Of a DNA stretch of 64,000 bases, positions 18,160-28,692 are shown one piece after another. The position numbers were made by a program, and so were the translations under genes. Below the pieces are notes generated by a model. That model was given only the letters and a program-made list of their open reading frames with translations. It made no database searches and was not told where the DNA came from. The stretch's first letter is position 1. Every line of letters starts with the position of its first letter. Source of the DNA: Candidatus Aminicenantes bacterium (lineage in GTDB: Bacteria; Acidobacteriota; Aminicenantia; Aminicenantales; Aminicenantaceae); contig WJMT01000129.1 in NCBI GenBank assembly GCA_014727835.1, positions 2,036 through 66,035 of the forward strand, given 5' to 3'.

Positions 18160-19575
18160 ATGATGGTTCGTGTAAGATTTGCTCCCAGCCCTACGGGTCA
18201 TCTCCATATCGGGGCTGCCCGTACAGCTCTATACAACTGGTTGTTTGCCCGTCATCATAAAGGTCAGTTCATTCTCCGGATCGAAGACACAGATGTGTCC
18301 CGGTCTTCCCAGAAAATGACAGCAGGCATCACCAAAGCTCTTCAGTGGCTGGGATTGGAATGGGATGAAGGACCCATATATCAATCCAAAAGAGTTCCTT
18401 TGTACCGGCAAAAAGCAGAGCAATTGGTCCGCCAGGGTCATGCTTATGAATGCTACTGCTCACCAGATAAGAAACAAACGTCCAAACAGTGGGAATCCCG
18501 ATGTCAGTGTTTCAATTTAACTCAGGAAGAAGCGAAAAAATATAAGGATCAAGGACGTTCCAAAGCCATTCGATTCAAAGTTCCCAAAGGAGAGCTCTGT
18601 TTTCAAGACATATTCCATGGAGAGGTGACCACAAAACTGGATAATATTGAAAATTTTGTGCTTTTGAGAGGAGATGGTCTCCCCACTTACCATCTTTCTG
18701 TGGTAGTGGATGATATAGACCAACAGATCACTCATGTGATCAGAGGCGATGACCATATATCCAACACTCCTAAACAAATTCTTGTTTACAAAGCCCTGGA
18801 AGCCCCGATTCCTTGTTTTGCGCATCAGTCTCTCATCTTGGGAAAAGATAAAAAGAAGCTGAGCAAAAGGCATGGCGAAACATCTGTTTTGGAATTTCAC
18901 GATAAAGGGTATCTGCCCTTGGCTGTGGTGAATTTTCTTGTTCAGATGAGTTGGTCACCGGGAGAGGAGCGGATCTATTCTTTAGATGAACTCAAGGATA
19001 AATTTGAACTGGATAAACGAAGCAGCGGTCATCCGGTGTTTGACCTTGATAAGCTGGACTGGTTGAACGGTCAGCTCATTTCTCAGATGAAGGCCAAAGA
19101 ACTGCTTCCTTATGTGGAAAGAGAGCTGGAAAGGGCTGATTTATGGAGGGATGAGCTTGCACAGGAGCAAAAAACATGGTTTTTAAGGGTCATTGACCTC
19201 TTAAAGCCCAGAAACAAACGCATATCCGATTTCACGCCCAGAGCACGTCCTTTTCTCTCTAGTGACTATCCTATAAAGAGAGAAGCGGCTGATAAATATC
19301 TGAACGATGAACGGCTTCCTGCTCTGCTTCCCAAATTGGCCCGTGACTTTAAACAAATGGACCGTTTCACAGAAGAACAAATCGAGGAAGTGTTGCGCAG
19401 CCGAGCTGAGAAAGAAGGTGTGAAAGCCGCCTTGTTCATTCATGCTCTCCGGGTTATTGTACTGGGGATGAAGGTCAGTCCGGGAATATTTGAAGTGTTG
19501 GAGCTGATGGGAAAAAAGAGGACCCTCAGACGCATGGAGGCTTATTTGACCAATAGACTTGCTCAGAAATGCTAA
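18160..19575 (+). CDS. gltX: Glutamate--tRNA ligase
   Basis: RFAPSPTG.LHIGA, LRIEDTD, RGDDH..NTPKQ, KLSKR, anticodon-binding SPG domain. Confidence 0.95.
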   Translation: MMVRVRFAPSPTGHLHIGAARTALYNWLFARHHKGQFILRIEDTDVSRSSQKMTAGITKALQWLGLEWDEGPIYQSKRVPLYRQKAEQLVRQGHAYECYCSPDKKQTSKQWESRCQCFNLTQEEAKKYKDQGRSKAIRFKVPKGELCFQDIFHGEVTTKLDNIENFVLLRGDGLPTYHLSVVVDDIDQQITHVIRGDDHISNTPKQILVYKALEAPIPCFAHQSLILGKDKKKLSKRHGETSVLEFHDKGYLPLAVVNFLVQMSWSPGEERIYSLDELKDKFELDKRSSGHPVFDLDKLDWLNGQLISQMKAKELLPYVERELERADLWRDELAQEQKTWFLRVIDLLKPRNKRISDFTPRARPFLSSDYPIKREAADKYLNDERLPALLPKLARDFKQMDRFTEEQIEEVLRSRAEKEGVKAALFIHALRVIVLGMKVSPGIFEVLELMGKKRTLRRMEAYLTNRLAQKC

Positions 19576-19588
19576 ATAAAAATACATT

Positions 19589-19622
19589 AAATAGGGTAAA
19601 TAGGTATTGTGTCCCTGTATTT
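19589..19622 (-). repeat. RAYT-associated repeat copy 5 (2 substitutions)
   Basis: AAATAGGGTAAATAGGTATTGTGTCCCTGTATTT between gltX and the next gene. Confidence 0.88.
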
Positions 19623-19637
19623 TAGAGAGGAGAGAGG

Positions 19638-22600
19638 ATGGAATATTTCAATTTGAAAAAGCTGTCTATTATAGGTTTTGTTTTGATTGTCGGGATGTGT
19701 GTTTTTCCTTTGATTTCCGAGGGAACTCAGGCCGGTCAAGGCGCAGAGACATTTGATTCCAGCGCATATCAGGCCATGAGATGGCGCTGCATCGGTCCGT
19801 ACAGAGGAGGAAGAGCCACTGCGGTTGCTGGAATCCCGTCTCAGCCCTACACCTATTATTTTGGTGCGTGCGGTGGGGGAGTCTGGAAGACCGAAGACGG
19901 AGGTTTGAACTGGAAACCGATTTCAGATGGATATTTCAAAACCGGTTCTGTAGGGGCAGTGGCTGTTTCTGAGTGGGATCCCAATGTGATTTATGTGGGG
20001 ATGGGTGAAGCCCCGATCCGGGGAAACGTCTCTCATGGAGACGGGATGTACAAATCAGTGGATGCGGGAAAGACATGGATTGATATCGGACTCGGCGATA
20101 CTTATCAGATCTCCAGAGTCCGGGTCCATCCCCGGAATCCGGATCTGGTGTATGTGGCTGCTCTGGGACATGTTTACGGTCCCAATATGCAGAGAGGAGT
20201 TTTCCGGTCTAAGGACGGAGGGGAGACTTGGGAAAAAGTCCTTTATGTCAGTGATAAAGCAGGGGCCATTGACCTGGTCCTGGACCCCTTTAATCCCAGA
20301 GTGATTTATGCGGCATTCTGGTCAGCTCACCGAACACCTTACAGCTTGGTGAGCGGAGGCCCTGGAAGCGGTCTTTATAAAACAACAGACAGCGGCGACA
20401 CATGGAAAGAACTGTCCCGGAATCCCGGTCTTCCCAAAGGAGTTCTGGGAAAGATCGGAGTGGCTGCATCCGGTGCTAAAAAGGACCGGGTCTGGGCGAT
20501 TGTGGAGGCTAAAGAAGGCGGAGTTTTCCGCTCTGAAGATGGAGGCGAAACCTGGAGAAGAGTCAACAAAGAAAGACGGCTTCGCCAGAGAGCCTGGTAT
20601 TATTCCCGAATCTATGCAGACCCTCAAAATCCGGAAAAGGTCTATGTTCTTAACACAGGACTGTACAGGTCCCTGGACGGAGGACGCAGTTTTTCTTACA
20701 TCAGAGTGCCTCACGGAGATAATCATGACCTGTGGATAGATCCCAACAATCCGGACCGGATGATCAACAGCAATGACGGGGGAGCCAATGTCACTTTTAA
20801 CGGAGGGATTTCCTGGACGCCTCAAGACACCCAGCCCACAGCTCAATTCTACCATGTGACCACAGATGATCAGTTTCCCTACTGGGTCTACGGAGCGCAG
20901 CAGGACAATTCCACAGTCCGCATCGCCTCCAGGACTACGGGGGCAGGAATCGGGCGTGAATACTGGCACTCTGTAGGCGGTGGAGAAAGCGGGCATATCG
21001 CACCCAGGCATGACAATCCGGATATTGTGTATGCAGGAAGTTACGGAGGATTGATCACCCGGTGGGATTATCAGACCCGGGAACGAAGAGCCATCAACCC
21101 ATGGCCGGAAAATCCCATGGGCTGGGGAGCCAAAGACCTCAGGTACCGGTTCCAGTGGACAGCGCCTATTCTGGTGTCCCGGTTTGATTCTGATGTGCTT
21201 TATCACGCGGCCCAGGTTTTGTTCAAATCCACAGACGAGGGCCACAGCTGGGAAATCATCAGCCCTGACCTCACCACCAATGACAAATCCAAACAAAAGC
21301 AGTCCGGAGGGCCGATCACAAAGGACGACACCAGTGTGGAATATTACTGCACCATATTTTCTCTTGCCGAATCAGTGTATGATCCGGATATACTCTGGGT
21401 GGGCTCAGATGATGGGCTGGTCCACATCACCAGAAACGGAGGAAAAACCTGGACCAATATCACTCCCAAGAACCTTCCGGAGTGGAGCATGATCAGCAAT
21501 ATCGAGACCTCCACGTTTAAAGCCGGTAGAGCTTTCATTGCTGTGGACAGACATAAGCTGGATGATTTTTCGCCTTATATCTATAAAACAGAAGATTTTG
21601 GGAACACATGGACCCAGATAACCAATGGACTCCCTCAAAATACTTTTGTTCGTGTGATCAGAGAGGACCCGGAAAGAAAAGGGCTTCTCTATGCCGGGAC
21701 AGAGACCGGAGTTTTTGTGTCTTTTGATGACGGCAAAAATTGGCAGTCGCTTCAGTTGAATCTGCCTGTTGTCCCAGTCAGGGATATGGTGGTCAAAGAG
21801 GATGACCTGGTGGCCGCCACTCATGGGCGGTCGTTCTGGATTCTGGATGACCTGACCCCGCTGCATCAGCTGACGAAGGATGTGCTGGAGTCAGAGTTTT
21901 TTCTGTTCAAACCCAGGGATGCTTTTCGGATGGGAGGCTATGGATTTCCGCGTTCGGATATGGGAGAGAATCCCCCCGGCGGAAGTGTGATCACCTATTA
22001 TTTCAAGAAAAAACCTGAGAAAAAAGTCACTCTTGAGTTTTTAGACGCACAGGGAAATCTGATCAAAGAATTCAACGGCCCATCTGTTTCCACAAAACAG
22101 GGAATGAACCGCTTTGTGTGGGACATGCGGTATCCAGGCGCGGAAAGAGTACCGGGCGCTGTGTACTGGGGCGCTTCTTTCAGAGGCCCTGTGGCTGTGC
22201 CGGGAAATTATACGGTGAGACTCAAAGTGGGAGAAGATCGGATGATCAAGACATGGAGATGGAAGAAAGATCCCCGTATCAGCACCACACTGCGTGATTT
22301 CCAGGAACAGTTTGATCTGCTGATCGAGATCAGAGACAAGGTCTCAGAGGTCAACACCAACATCATGAAACTGAGGGACATCAGGGACCAGATCAATGAA
22401 CTCACAGCGAAACTGGAAGAGACAAAAAAGAACCAGGAGATCATTCAAGCTGGAGAGGAGCTTATAAAAAAATTAAGCGCTGTTGAAGATGAACTCATTC
22501 AGTCCAAGTCAAAAAGCGGGCAGGACCCATTGAACTATCCCATCAAACTGGATAACAAAATCGCGGCTCTGGCTTCTTATGTGGCCAGTGCGGATTTTCG

Positions 22601-22751
22601 TCCAACTGAGCAGTCTTATCAAGTGTTTCATGATCTTTCATCCAAGGCAGATACTCAATTGGGACTGCTGGACCTTTATATAGAACGGGACCTTAAAAAT
22701 TTCAACAGAATGGTGAAAAAACATGATATCCCGGCTGTGATCGTGAAGTGA
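19638..22751 (+). CDS. Exported VPS10/BNR (Asp-box) beta-propeller protein (often annotated glycosyl hydrolase)
   Basis: Signal peptide; many S/T-x-D-G-G-x-T-W Asp boxes; WRCIGP..GGR start; C-terminal helical bundle. Confidence 0.88.
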   Translation: MEYFNLKKLSIIGFVLIVGMCVFPLISEGTQAGQGAETFDSSAYQAMRWRCIGPYRGGRATAVAGIPSQPYTYYFGACGGGVWKTEDGGLNWKPISDGYFKTGSVGAVAVSEWDPNVIYVGMGEAPIRGNVSHGDGMYKSVDAGKTWIDIGLGDTYQISRVRVHPRNPDLVYVAALGHVYGPNMQRGVFRSKDGGETWEKVLYVSDKAGAIDLVLDPFNPRVIYAAFWSAHRTPYSLVSGGPGSGLYKTTDSGDTWKELSRNPGLPKGVLGKIGVAASGAKKDRVWAIVEAKEGGVFRSEDGGETWRRVNKERRLRQRAWYYSRIYADPQNPEKVYVLNTGLYRSLDGGRSFSYIRVPHGDNHDLWIDPNNPDRMINSNDGGANVTFNGGISWTPQDTQPTAQFYHVTTDDQFPYWVYGAQQDNSTVRIASRTTGAGIGREYWHSVGGGESGHIAPRHDNPDIVYAGSYGGLITRWDYQTRERRAINPWPENPMGWGAKDLRYRFQWTAPILVSRFDSDVLYHAAQVLFKSTDEGHSWEIISPDLTTNDKSKQKQSGGPITKDDTSVEYYCTIFSLAESVYDPDILWVGSDDGLVHITRNGGKTWTNITPKNLPEWSMISNIETSTFKAGRAFIAVDRHKLDDFSPYIYKTEDFGNTWTQITNGLPQNTFVRVIREDPERKGLLYAGTETGVFVSFDDGKNWQSLQLNLPVVPVRDMVVKEDDLVAATHGRSFWILDDLTPLHQLTKDVLESEFFLFKPRDAFRMGGYGFPRSDMGENPPGGSVITYYFKKKPEKKVTLEFLDAQGNLIKEFNGPSVSTKQGMNRFVWDMRYPGAERVPGAVYWGASFRGPVAVPGNYTVRLKVGEDRMIKTWRWKKDPRISTTLRDFQEQFDLLIEIRDKVSEVNTNIMKLRDIRDQINELTAKLEETKKNQEIIQAGEELIKKLSAVEDELIQSKSKSGQDPLNYPIKLDNKIAALASYVASADFRPTEQSYQVFHDLSSKADTQLGLLDLYIERDLKNFNRMVKKHDIPAVIVK

Positions 22752-22756
22752 GATGT

Positions 22757-22780
22757 GAAGGCACAATCTTCAATGCCGCT
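22757..22780 (+). repeat. Repeat module A, partial copy
   Basis: GAAGGCACAATCTTCAATGCCGCT; 1 mismatch to 44823-44846. Confidence 0.75.
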
Positions 22781-22818
22781 CAAGTCGAATATTAATGTCA
22801 TTAAGAAAGGATCGGATT

Positions 22819-24243
22819 ATGAGTAGATATAAGAAAGTGGATGATAAGGTGATTCAGCATTTCAAAGATCTGATCGGAGAGAAAAATATCATCACAGATG
22901 AATCCAAGATGACTGACTACAGCCATGATGAGTTCACTCTTTCGGATATCGCGCGGATGCCTGAGGTGGTCGTCAAACCAGAGAACACAGAACAGGCGGC
23001 CAAAGTGATGAAATATGCGGATCACAATCAGATCCCGGTCACTCCCAGGGGAGGAGCCACAGGTCTTTGCGGAGGGTGTGTGCCGAGCCAGGGAGGAATT
23101 GTCCTGTCGCTGGAAAAAATGGACCGTATTGTGGAAGTGGATACAGACAATCAAATGGCTGTAGTGGAAGCCGGAGTCACATTGATGGACTTTTATGAAG
23201 CGGTCAATGATGCAGGCCTGTTTTTCCCGCCTCACCCCGGAGATGAGAGCGCCATGATCGGGGGATTGATTGCAGCCAATGCCGGGGGAGCCAGAGCTGT
23301 GAAATATGGGGTCATCCGCAATTACATCAAAGGTATGGAAGTGGTTCTGGCCTCGGGAAAGGTGATTAGGCCCGGAGGAAAAGTCATGAAGAGCAGCACA
23401 GGATATAATCTTCTCAACCTGTTCATCGGTTCGGAAGGCACTTTGGGTGTTGTCACATCAGCGGTGATTCAGCTCATGCCTCCTCCTGGAACCACCCGTT
23501 CTCTCATCATTCCTTATGATGACTTGAAGCAGGCGATTGAAACCGTTCCCCTTTTGATCAAAAAAAAGATCCTCCCCATGGCAGTGGAATTTATTCCCAA
23601 AGAGGTCATTGTCCGGACAGAAGAAATTCTGAAAAAAAGATGGCCCAGTCAAATGGGAAACACCTATTTATTGGTGATCCTGGATGCTTCCAGTGAGGAT
23701 GAGATCGATAAGCTTTCGGAAAAAGTGGCTGAAATCAGCCTTGAAAAAGGAGCTTTGGATGTGTTTGTGGCAGACAGCCCCAAGAAACAAAAGCAGGTTT
23801 TGGATATCCGGAGCAAGATCTATGAGTCCATCAAAGAGGACAATGTGGAGACACTTGATATTGCGGTTCCCAGGGCAGAGATCGCCAATCATGTTAAAAA
23901 AGTGTTGGACGTTCAGGAAAAATACGGGATGTGGCTTCCCACTTACGGACATGCTGCAGATGGGAATGTGCACACTCATATCATGAAAGTCCGGTATAAA
24001 GACGGACAGATCACTTCTTTACCGGAGGAGGAATGGAAAGAAAAACTCCACCTCGTTCGGGAAGAGCTGTACAAAGACTGCAGGGAAAAAGGAGGCACCA
24101 TATCCGGGGAACACGGGATCGGAGTGGTGAAAAAATCTTATCTTTCCTATGTGGTGGATGAAGAGGAGATCTCATTGATGAAAGGGATCAAAAAAGTTTT
24201 TGATCCTCATCTGATCCTGAATCCCGGAAAGATATTTGAATGA
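22819..24243 (+). CDS. FAD-linked D-2-hydroxyacid oxidoreductase (GlcD/LctD-like)
   Basis: PRGGATGL.GG, GSEGTLG, GHAADGNVH, SGEHGIG, LNPGK. Confidence 0.9.
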   Translation: MSRYKKVDDKVIQHFKDLIGEKNIITDESKMTDYSHDEFTLSDIARMPEVVVKPENTEQAAKVMKYADHNQIPVTPRGGATGLCGGCVPSQGGIVLSLEKMDRIVEVDTDNQMAVVEAGVTLMDFYEAVNDAGLFFPPHPGDESAMIGGLIAANAGGARAVKYGVIRNYIKGMEVVLASGKVIRPGGKVMKSSTGYNLLNLFIGSEGTLGVVTSAVIQLMPPPGTTRSLIIPYDDLKQAIETVPLLIKKKILPMAVEFIPKEVIVRTEEILKKRWPSQMGNTYLLVILDASSEDEIDKLSEKVAEISLEKGALDVFVADSPKKQKQVLDIRSKIYESIKEDNVETLDIAVPRAEIANHVKKVLDVQEKYGMWLPTYGHAADGNVHTHIMKVRYKDGQITSLPEEEWKEKLHLVREELYKDCREKGGTISGEHGIGVVKKSYLSYVVDEEEISLMKGIKKVFDPHLILNPGKIFE

Positions 24244-24284
24244 AAACAGAAGACAGGGTCTCTGTTGGAAGTGTGGAGGAGAAC

Positions 24285-27200
24285 ATGAAAATAGGTCGTT
24301 TGATTGGCTTGGTGTTGCTTTGTTTTTTAATGATGTATGGATTGACCCATGCTCTTGAGGCAGCAACAGTGGGAAATTCACAAACCGGAGAGGATGTGGA
24401 GTTGACTTCTGGTCTTTTTGAACATCTGTCCTGGAGAAATATCGGACCGGCTAATATGGTGGGCCGGGTCAGTGACGTAGAAGGAGTGCCCGGAGATCCC
24501 AATATTGTGTATGTGGGCTCTGCTTCTGGTGGTGTGTGGAAAACAACCAACGGAGGTATCACCTGGAAACCTCTTTTTGACCGACAGCCCATCGCGTCTA
24601 TCGGGGATATTGCACTGGAGCCTGGAAATCCGGATGTGGTTTATGTGGGAACAGGGGAGTCCAATGTGAGAAACAGCGTCTCCTTTGGAAACGGTGTCTA
24701 TAAATCCACGGACGGAGGAAGCACCTGGATCTTTCTAGGACTTCAAGACACAGAACACATTTCACGCATCGTGATCCATCCCACTGACCCGGATACGGTT
24801 TATGTGGGGGCCTTGGGTCGTGCGTTTGGGCCGAATTCAGCCAGAGGCGTTTTTGTCTCTAGGGATGGAGGGCAAAACTGGGAAAAGACTCTGTTTAAGG
24901 ATGAGTGGCATGGGATTTCAGATATGGACATCAATCCCAAAAATCCGAATATTGTTTTTGCAGGACTCTGGAAATTTCTCAGAAAACCTTGGACATTTGA
25001 GAGCGGGGATAAGGAAGGCGGAGTATTCCGTTCTATTGACGGCGGGCGAACCTGGAACAAGGTCACACGAGGACTTCCGGAGCTGGTGGGACGCATTGGG
25101 ATCAAAGTGGCTGCCAGCAATCCGGATGTGGTGTATGCCATAACAGAATCCCCGGAAGGGACTTTGTACCGTTCAGATGATGCAGGTCAGAGTTTTCAGC
25201 TGGTTTCAGATGATGTGGGAATCGTTTCCCGGGGATTTTACTACACAGACCTGAGAGTGGACCCCGCTGATGAAAACCGGGTCTATGCCGTATCCTCCAG
25301 ACTTTATGTATCCATTGACGGCGGGCAGTCCTTTGAACAGATATCCCAATCCACACATGTGGACTTTCATTCACTCTGGATAGACCCTGAGAATCCGGAA
25401 AGGATGTGGCAGGGACAGGACGGAGGGATCTGTGTTTCCTATGATAGAGGCGCTCATTGGGATTATGTCAATAATATCTGTGTGTCCCAGTTTTACCAAA
25501 TATATGCGGATAACCGAAGACCGTTTTATTATGTGGGAGGCGGACTTCAGGACAATGGGACATGGTATGGCCCCAGCCGGAATAAAGAGCGGTTCGGTAT
25601 ACTCAAAGATGATTGGAGAATGATCAGTTTTGGAGATGGATTTCATGTCACCAGCCATCCTGACAATCCAGAGCTGTTTCTCAGTGAAAGTCAGGGAGGA
25701 GGGATTGTCAGGACTGATATGAAAACCCGAGAGCAGCAGGATGTGAGCCCTCAACCCAGGAGGGCTGACGGCGCTCCTGTTTCAGAACTGGAGTACCGTT
25801 TCAACTGGAATACGCCTATTATTCCCTCTCCCCACGACCGGAAAACCATTTATGTGGGTGGGAACGTTGTTTTCAAGTCCCTGGATTTTGGTTTGACATG
25901 GGAGGTCATCAGTCCGGACTTGACCACAGATGACCCTGAAAAGCAGAAAACAGCAGGTGGTCCTGCCTGGCCGGAGAACACCACAGCAGAATATTACTGC
26001 ACCATTATCAGCCTGGCTGAATCTCCGGTTCAGCCCGGGGTGATTTGGGCAGGAACGGATGACGGCCAGCTTCATGTGACCATGAACGGAGGCAATGATT
26101 GGGAAAATGTGATCAACTCCATTCCTGACCTTCCTTCCTACACTCCGGTTTCCCACCTGGAACCCTCCATAACATCTGCAGGAATGGCGTATGCGGCTTT
26201 TGATCGGCATATGCTGGATGATTTCTCTCCCTTTGTGTACAGGACATCTGATTTTGGCAGGACTTGGGTGGATGTGACCGGAAACCTTCCGGACAATGCT
26301 TATGTCTGGGTGGTCAGGGAAGATCCGGTTCGGCCTCAGATCATATATGCGGGAACGGAAACAGGCTTGTTTGTTTCCTTTAACCGGGGAACGCGTTGGA
26401 TCCGGCTTCATATGGCAAACCTTCCCACAGTGGCTGTTCACGATATCATCGTCCATCCCAGAGAAAATGACCTGATATTGGGGACTCACGGAAGAGGGAT
26501 GTGGATTTTTGATGACATGTCATTTTTTAGAGAGATCTACAATGAGATGCTGCGGCAACCGACTTATCTTTTTCGAATGAGACCCGCTCTTCGTCACGCG
26601 GTGAAAGCCACTCGCTATGGGATCGGGGACCGGGAGTTCACGGCAAAGAATCCGCCCTATGGAGCCCTCATCACTTATTATCTGAAAGAGGAAGTCCAAG
26701 AAGACAAAGATTTCCGGATCGATATCTATGATCAGGATAAGAATTTGATAAGGAGGCTCAAAGACATTTCCACAGAAAAGGGAATGAACCGGGCTGCTTG
26801 GGACTTGAGGGGAGCACCTCCGCGCCAGAGAAGAGAAACAGAACATGAAGAGAGCTTTTTTTCAAGGGGGCCTATGGGACCTCAGGTTCTTCCCGGGACT
26901 TATACGGTCAGGCTGGTGAAAGGGGAAGAGGCCTACAAAGAGGAATTGACAGTTTCCGTGGATCCCACTGTGGAGGTGAGCAGAGATGACCTAGACCTTC
27001 AGCACACATACGCCTCTGATTTGTGTGCCATGCAGTCGTCTATCAATGATGGGCTGAGGGCATTGGATACTCTTCAGGAGCAGCTTCGTGAGAGGAAAAA
27101 CACTCTTTCCAGACAATCAGCCAGTTTTCCCGAAGAGGTCATGGAAGCTATTGAAACCCATATGCAAGAGATCTCACAGATCCAGAGTGTTCTGACCAAA

Positions 27201-27455
27201 CCGGAGGGGGCCCCGTACTGGAGTGAAGGGCCCCGTCTCATTGAGAGAGTGTCAGGACTGTTCCGGTCTATAGACAGCGTCAACCAAGCGCCCACCAGAG
27301 CTCAAATCAATTATTTTGGTGAACTGAAGCAAGAGTTTGAAGCAGGAATGAGCAGAATCAATGAGTATCTGGGAGAAAAGGCGAAACAGATCAATCGGGT
27401 TTTTTCAGAGAATCATGTGCCGACTTTGCTGATCCCCCAGATCATTGAGTATTGA
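24285..27455 (+). CDS. Second exported VPS10/BNR beta-propeller protein
   Basis: GGAGGA RBS before ATG 24285; signal peptide; repeated Asp boxes; paralog of 19638..22751. Confidence 0.88.
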   Translation: MKIGRLIGLVLLCFLMMYGLTHALEAATVGNSQTGEDVELTSGLFEHLSWRNIGPANMVGRVSDVEGVPGDPNIVYVGSASGGVWKTTNGGITWKPLFDRQPIASIGDIALEPGNPDVVYVGTGESNVRNSVSFGNGVYKSTDGGSTWIFLGLQDTEHISRIVIHPTDPDTVYVGALGRAFGPNSARGVFVSRDGGQNWEKTLFKDEWHGISDMDINPKNPNIVFAGLWKFLRKPWTFESGDKEGGVFRSIDGGRTWNKVTRGLPELVGRIGIKVAASNPDVVYAITESPEGTLYRSDDAGQSFQLVSDDVGIVSRGFYYTDLRVDPADENRVYAVSSRLYVSIDGGQSFEQISQSTHVDFHSLWIDPENPERMWQGQDGGICVSYDRGAHWDYVNNICVSQFYQIYADNRRPFYYVGGGLQDNGTWYGPSRNKERFGILKDDWRMISFGDGFHVTSHPDNPELFLSESQGGGIVRTDMKTREQQDVSPQPRRADGAPVSELEYRFNWNTPIIPSPHDRKTIYVGGNVVFKSLDFGLTWEVISPDLTTDDPEKQKTAGGPAWPENTTAEYYCTIISLAESPVQPGVIWAGTDDGQLHVTMNGGNDWENVINSIPDLPSYTPVSHLEPSITSAGMAYAAFDRHMLDDFSPFVYRTSDFGRTWVDVTGNLPDNAYVWVVREDPVRPQIIYAGTETGLFVSFNRGTRWIRLHMANLPTVAVHDIIVHPRENDLILGTHGRGMWIFDDMSFFREIYNEMLRQPTYLFRMRPALRHAVKATRYGIGDREFTAKNPPYGALITYYLKEEVQEDKDFRIDIYDQDKNLIRRLKDISTEKGMNRAAWDLRGAPPRQRRETEHEESFFSRGPMGPQVLPGTYTVRLVKGEEAYKEELTVSVDPTVEVSRDDLDLQHTYASDLCAMQSSINDGLRALDTLQEQLRERKNTLSRQSASFPEEVMEAIETHMQEISQIQSVLTKPEGAPYWSEGPRLIERVSGLFRSIDSVNQAPTRAQINYFGELKQEFEAGMSRINEYLGEKAKQINRVFSENHVPTLLIPQIIEY

Positions 27456-27552
27456 GGTGGTGCTCATTCTCTTTTTCTTTCTATTGTTTTTGAAACAAAC
27501 GAAATTATTATTTGGGATTGAATGTCTTGAAAATTGACATGGGATCATTGTT

Positions 27553-28692
27553 ATGAAAGGAGGAGAGATGAACTCGAATCGCTTGTTTGTTTTTATGTTC
27601 GGGATCCTGTGTGTTTCCACCCTCTCTCTGACCGGAGGTCAAGAGGATATCAAGGGAAACATAGAGGAGCTCTTTTTTGTTCCCTCACCCACTGGATATG
27701 AACATCAATTGGCTGAAAAAGTCATTCAGATGCTTCCGGATGAACAGAAAGTGAGTCAGGATCTACTGGGAAGTGTGTTTGTGTCCAAAGAGGGAGATCT
27801 TCCTCTTTGGTCTGTGATGTGCGGTCTGGATGAACGAGGATATATTGTGGGCGGAGTCGATCCCCAAGGATACATCACACTGGATCGGGTGGTTCCTGCT
27901 CCTCATGCCATGTTTGACTCTTTTTTTTCCGGACATCCGGTGAAAGTATGGACCGAACAAGGGCCTGTCCAGGGAGTGTTGGCCATTCCTTCTCTTCATA
28001 TTTTTCAGTGGGGAGAGAGAGAACATTTTCATGAGTATTTCTCCCTTGAAAAGATGAAGCTGGATATCGGTGCTTCCAGCAGGCAAGAAGTTTTAGAGAG
28101 AGGAATTCAAAACTGCTCTCCGGTGACTCTGGGGCAAAAAATGAGCTCTTTGTCCAAGCACAGGATTGCCGGCTATTCCATGGGAGCCAAAGCGTGTGCA
28201 GCTCTGTTGTTGACCACAGCTTCGCATGTTCTGGCTGAAGAAAGCCAGGGAAAGCTTACTTTTGGCTGGCTGGCTCAAACTCTCATGGTGTCTCGAGGTT
28301 CCAGGCCCCGAGCTTGTGTGGGAGGAGTCAGGGCACAAAAACGTTTGGATTCATCACAGACGATCATCGTTGATACTGTTCCCATCCAATCCGAAAATGA
28401 AGAAGACATTTCTTTAGGCCGGGGTCCAGTTCTTTTGGATGCAGAAAAAGAAAAAACAAAGGGATTCCGAATGATTCAGGAAAAGGCCCGGCAAAAAGGC
28501 ATCCTTGTCCAAACAACGGAAAAAGCGGATTCTCTGCTGTGGAATGCTTTTTCTGGGAAGCAAGACAATCTGATCGGATTGTTCATTCCGGTTCGATTCG
28601 CAGCCTCACCTTCAGAGACTGTGGATATCAAGGACCTCCAGGCATTGAACCAATTGCTGGAGTCTGTTTTGACTGAAAGGAGGAATCCATGA
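27553..28692 (+). CDS. M42 peptidase-like protein with degenerate metal ligands
   Basis: M42 layout (SPTGYE, LDERG, LDIGA) but the HxD, DD, EE and C-terminal His positions are substituted. Confidence 0.75.
   Translation: MKGGEMNSNRLFVFMFGILCVSTLSLTGGQEDIKGNIEELFFVPSPTGYEHQLAEKVIQMLPDEQKVSQDLLGSVFVSKEGDLPLWSVMCGLDERGYIVGGVDPQGYITLDRVVPAPHAMFDSFFSGHPVKVWTEQGPVQGVLAIPSLHIFQWGEREHFHEYFSLEKMKLDIGASSRQEVLERGIQNCSPVTLGQKMSSLSKHRIAGYSMGAKACAALLLTTASHVLAEESQGKLTFGWLAQTLMVSRGSRPRACVGGVRAQKRLDSSQTIIVDTVPIQSENEEDISLGRGPVLLDAEKEKTKGFRMIQEKARQKGILVQTTEKADSLLWNAFSGKQDNLIGLFIPVRFAASPSETVDIKDLQALNQLLESVLTERRNP

Noticed and set aside
5034-19622. 33-38 bp repeat as a CRISPR repeat
   Set aside because: Copies are dispersed, in both orientations, without regular spacers, and no cas genes are present
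20322-21296. Long antisense ORFs (324 aa here; also 25782-26489, 31672-32391, 36532-37161, 60896-61489)
   Set aside because: Shadow frames of well-supported genes, with no motifs or RBS
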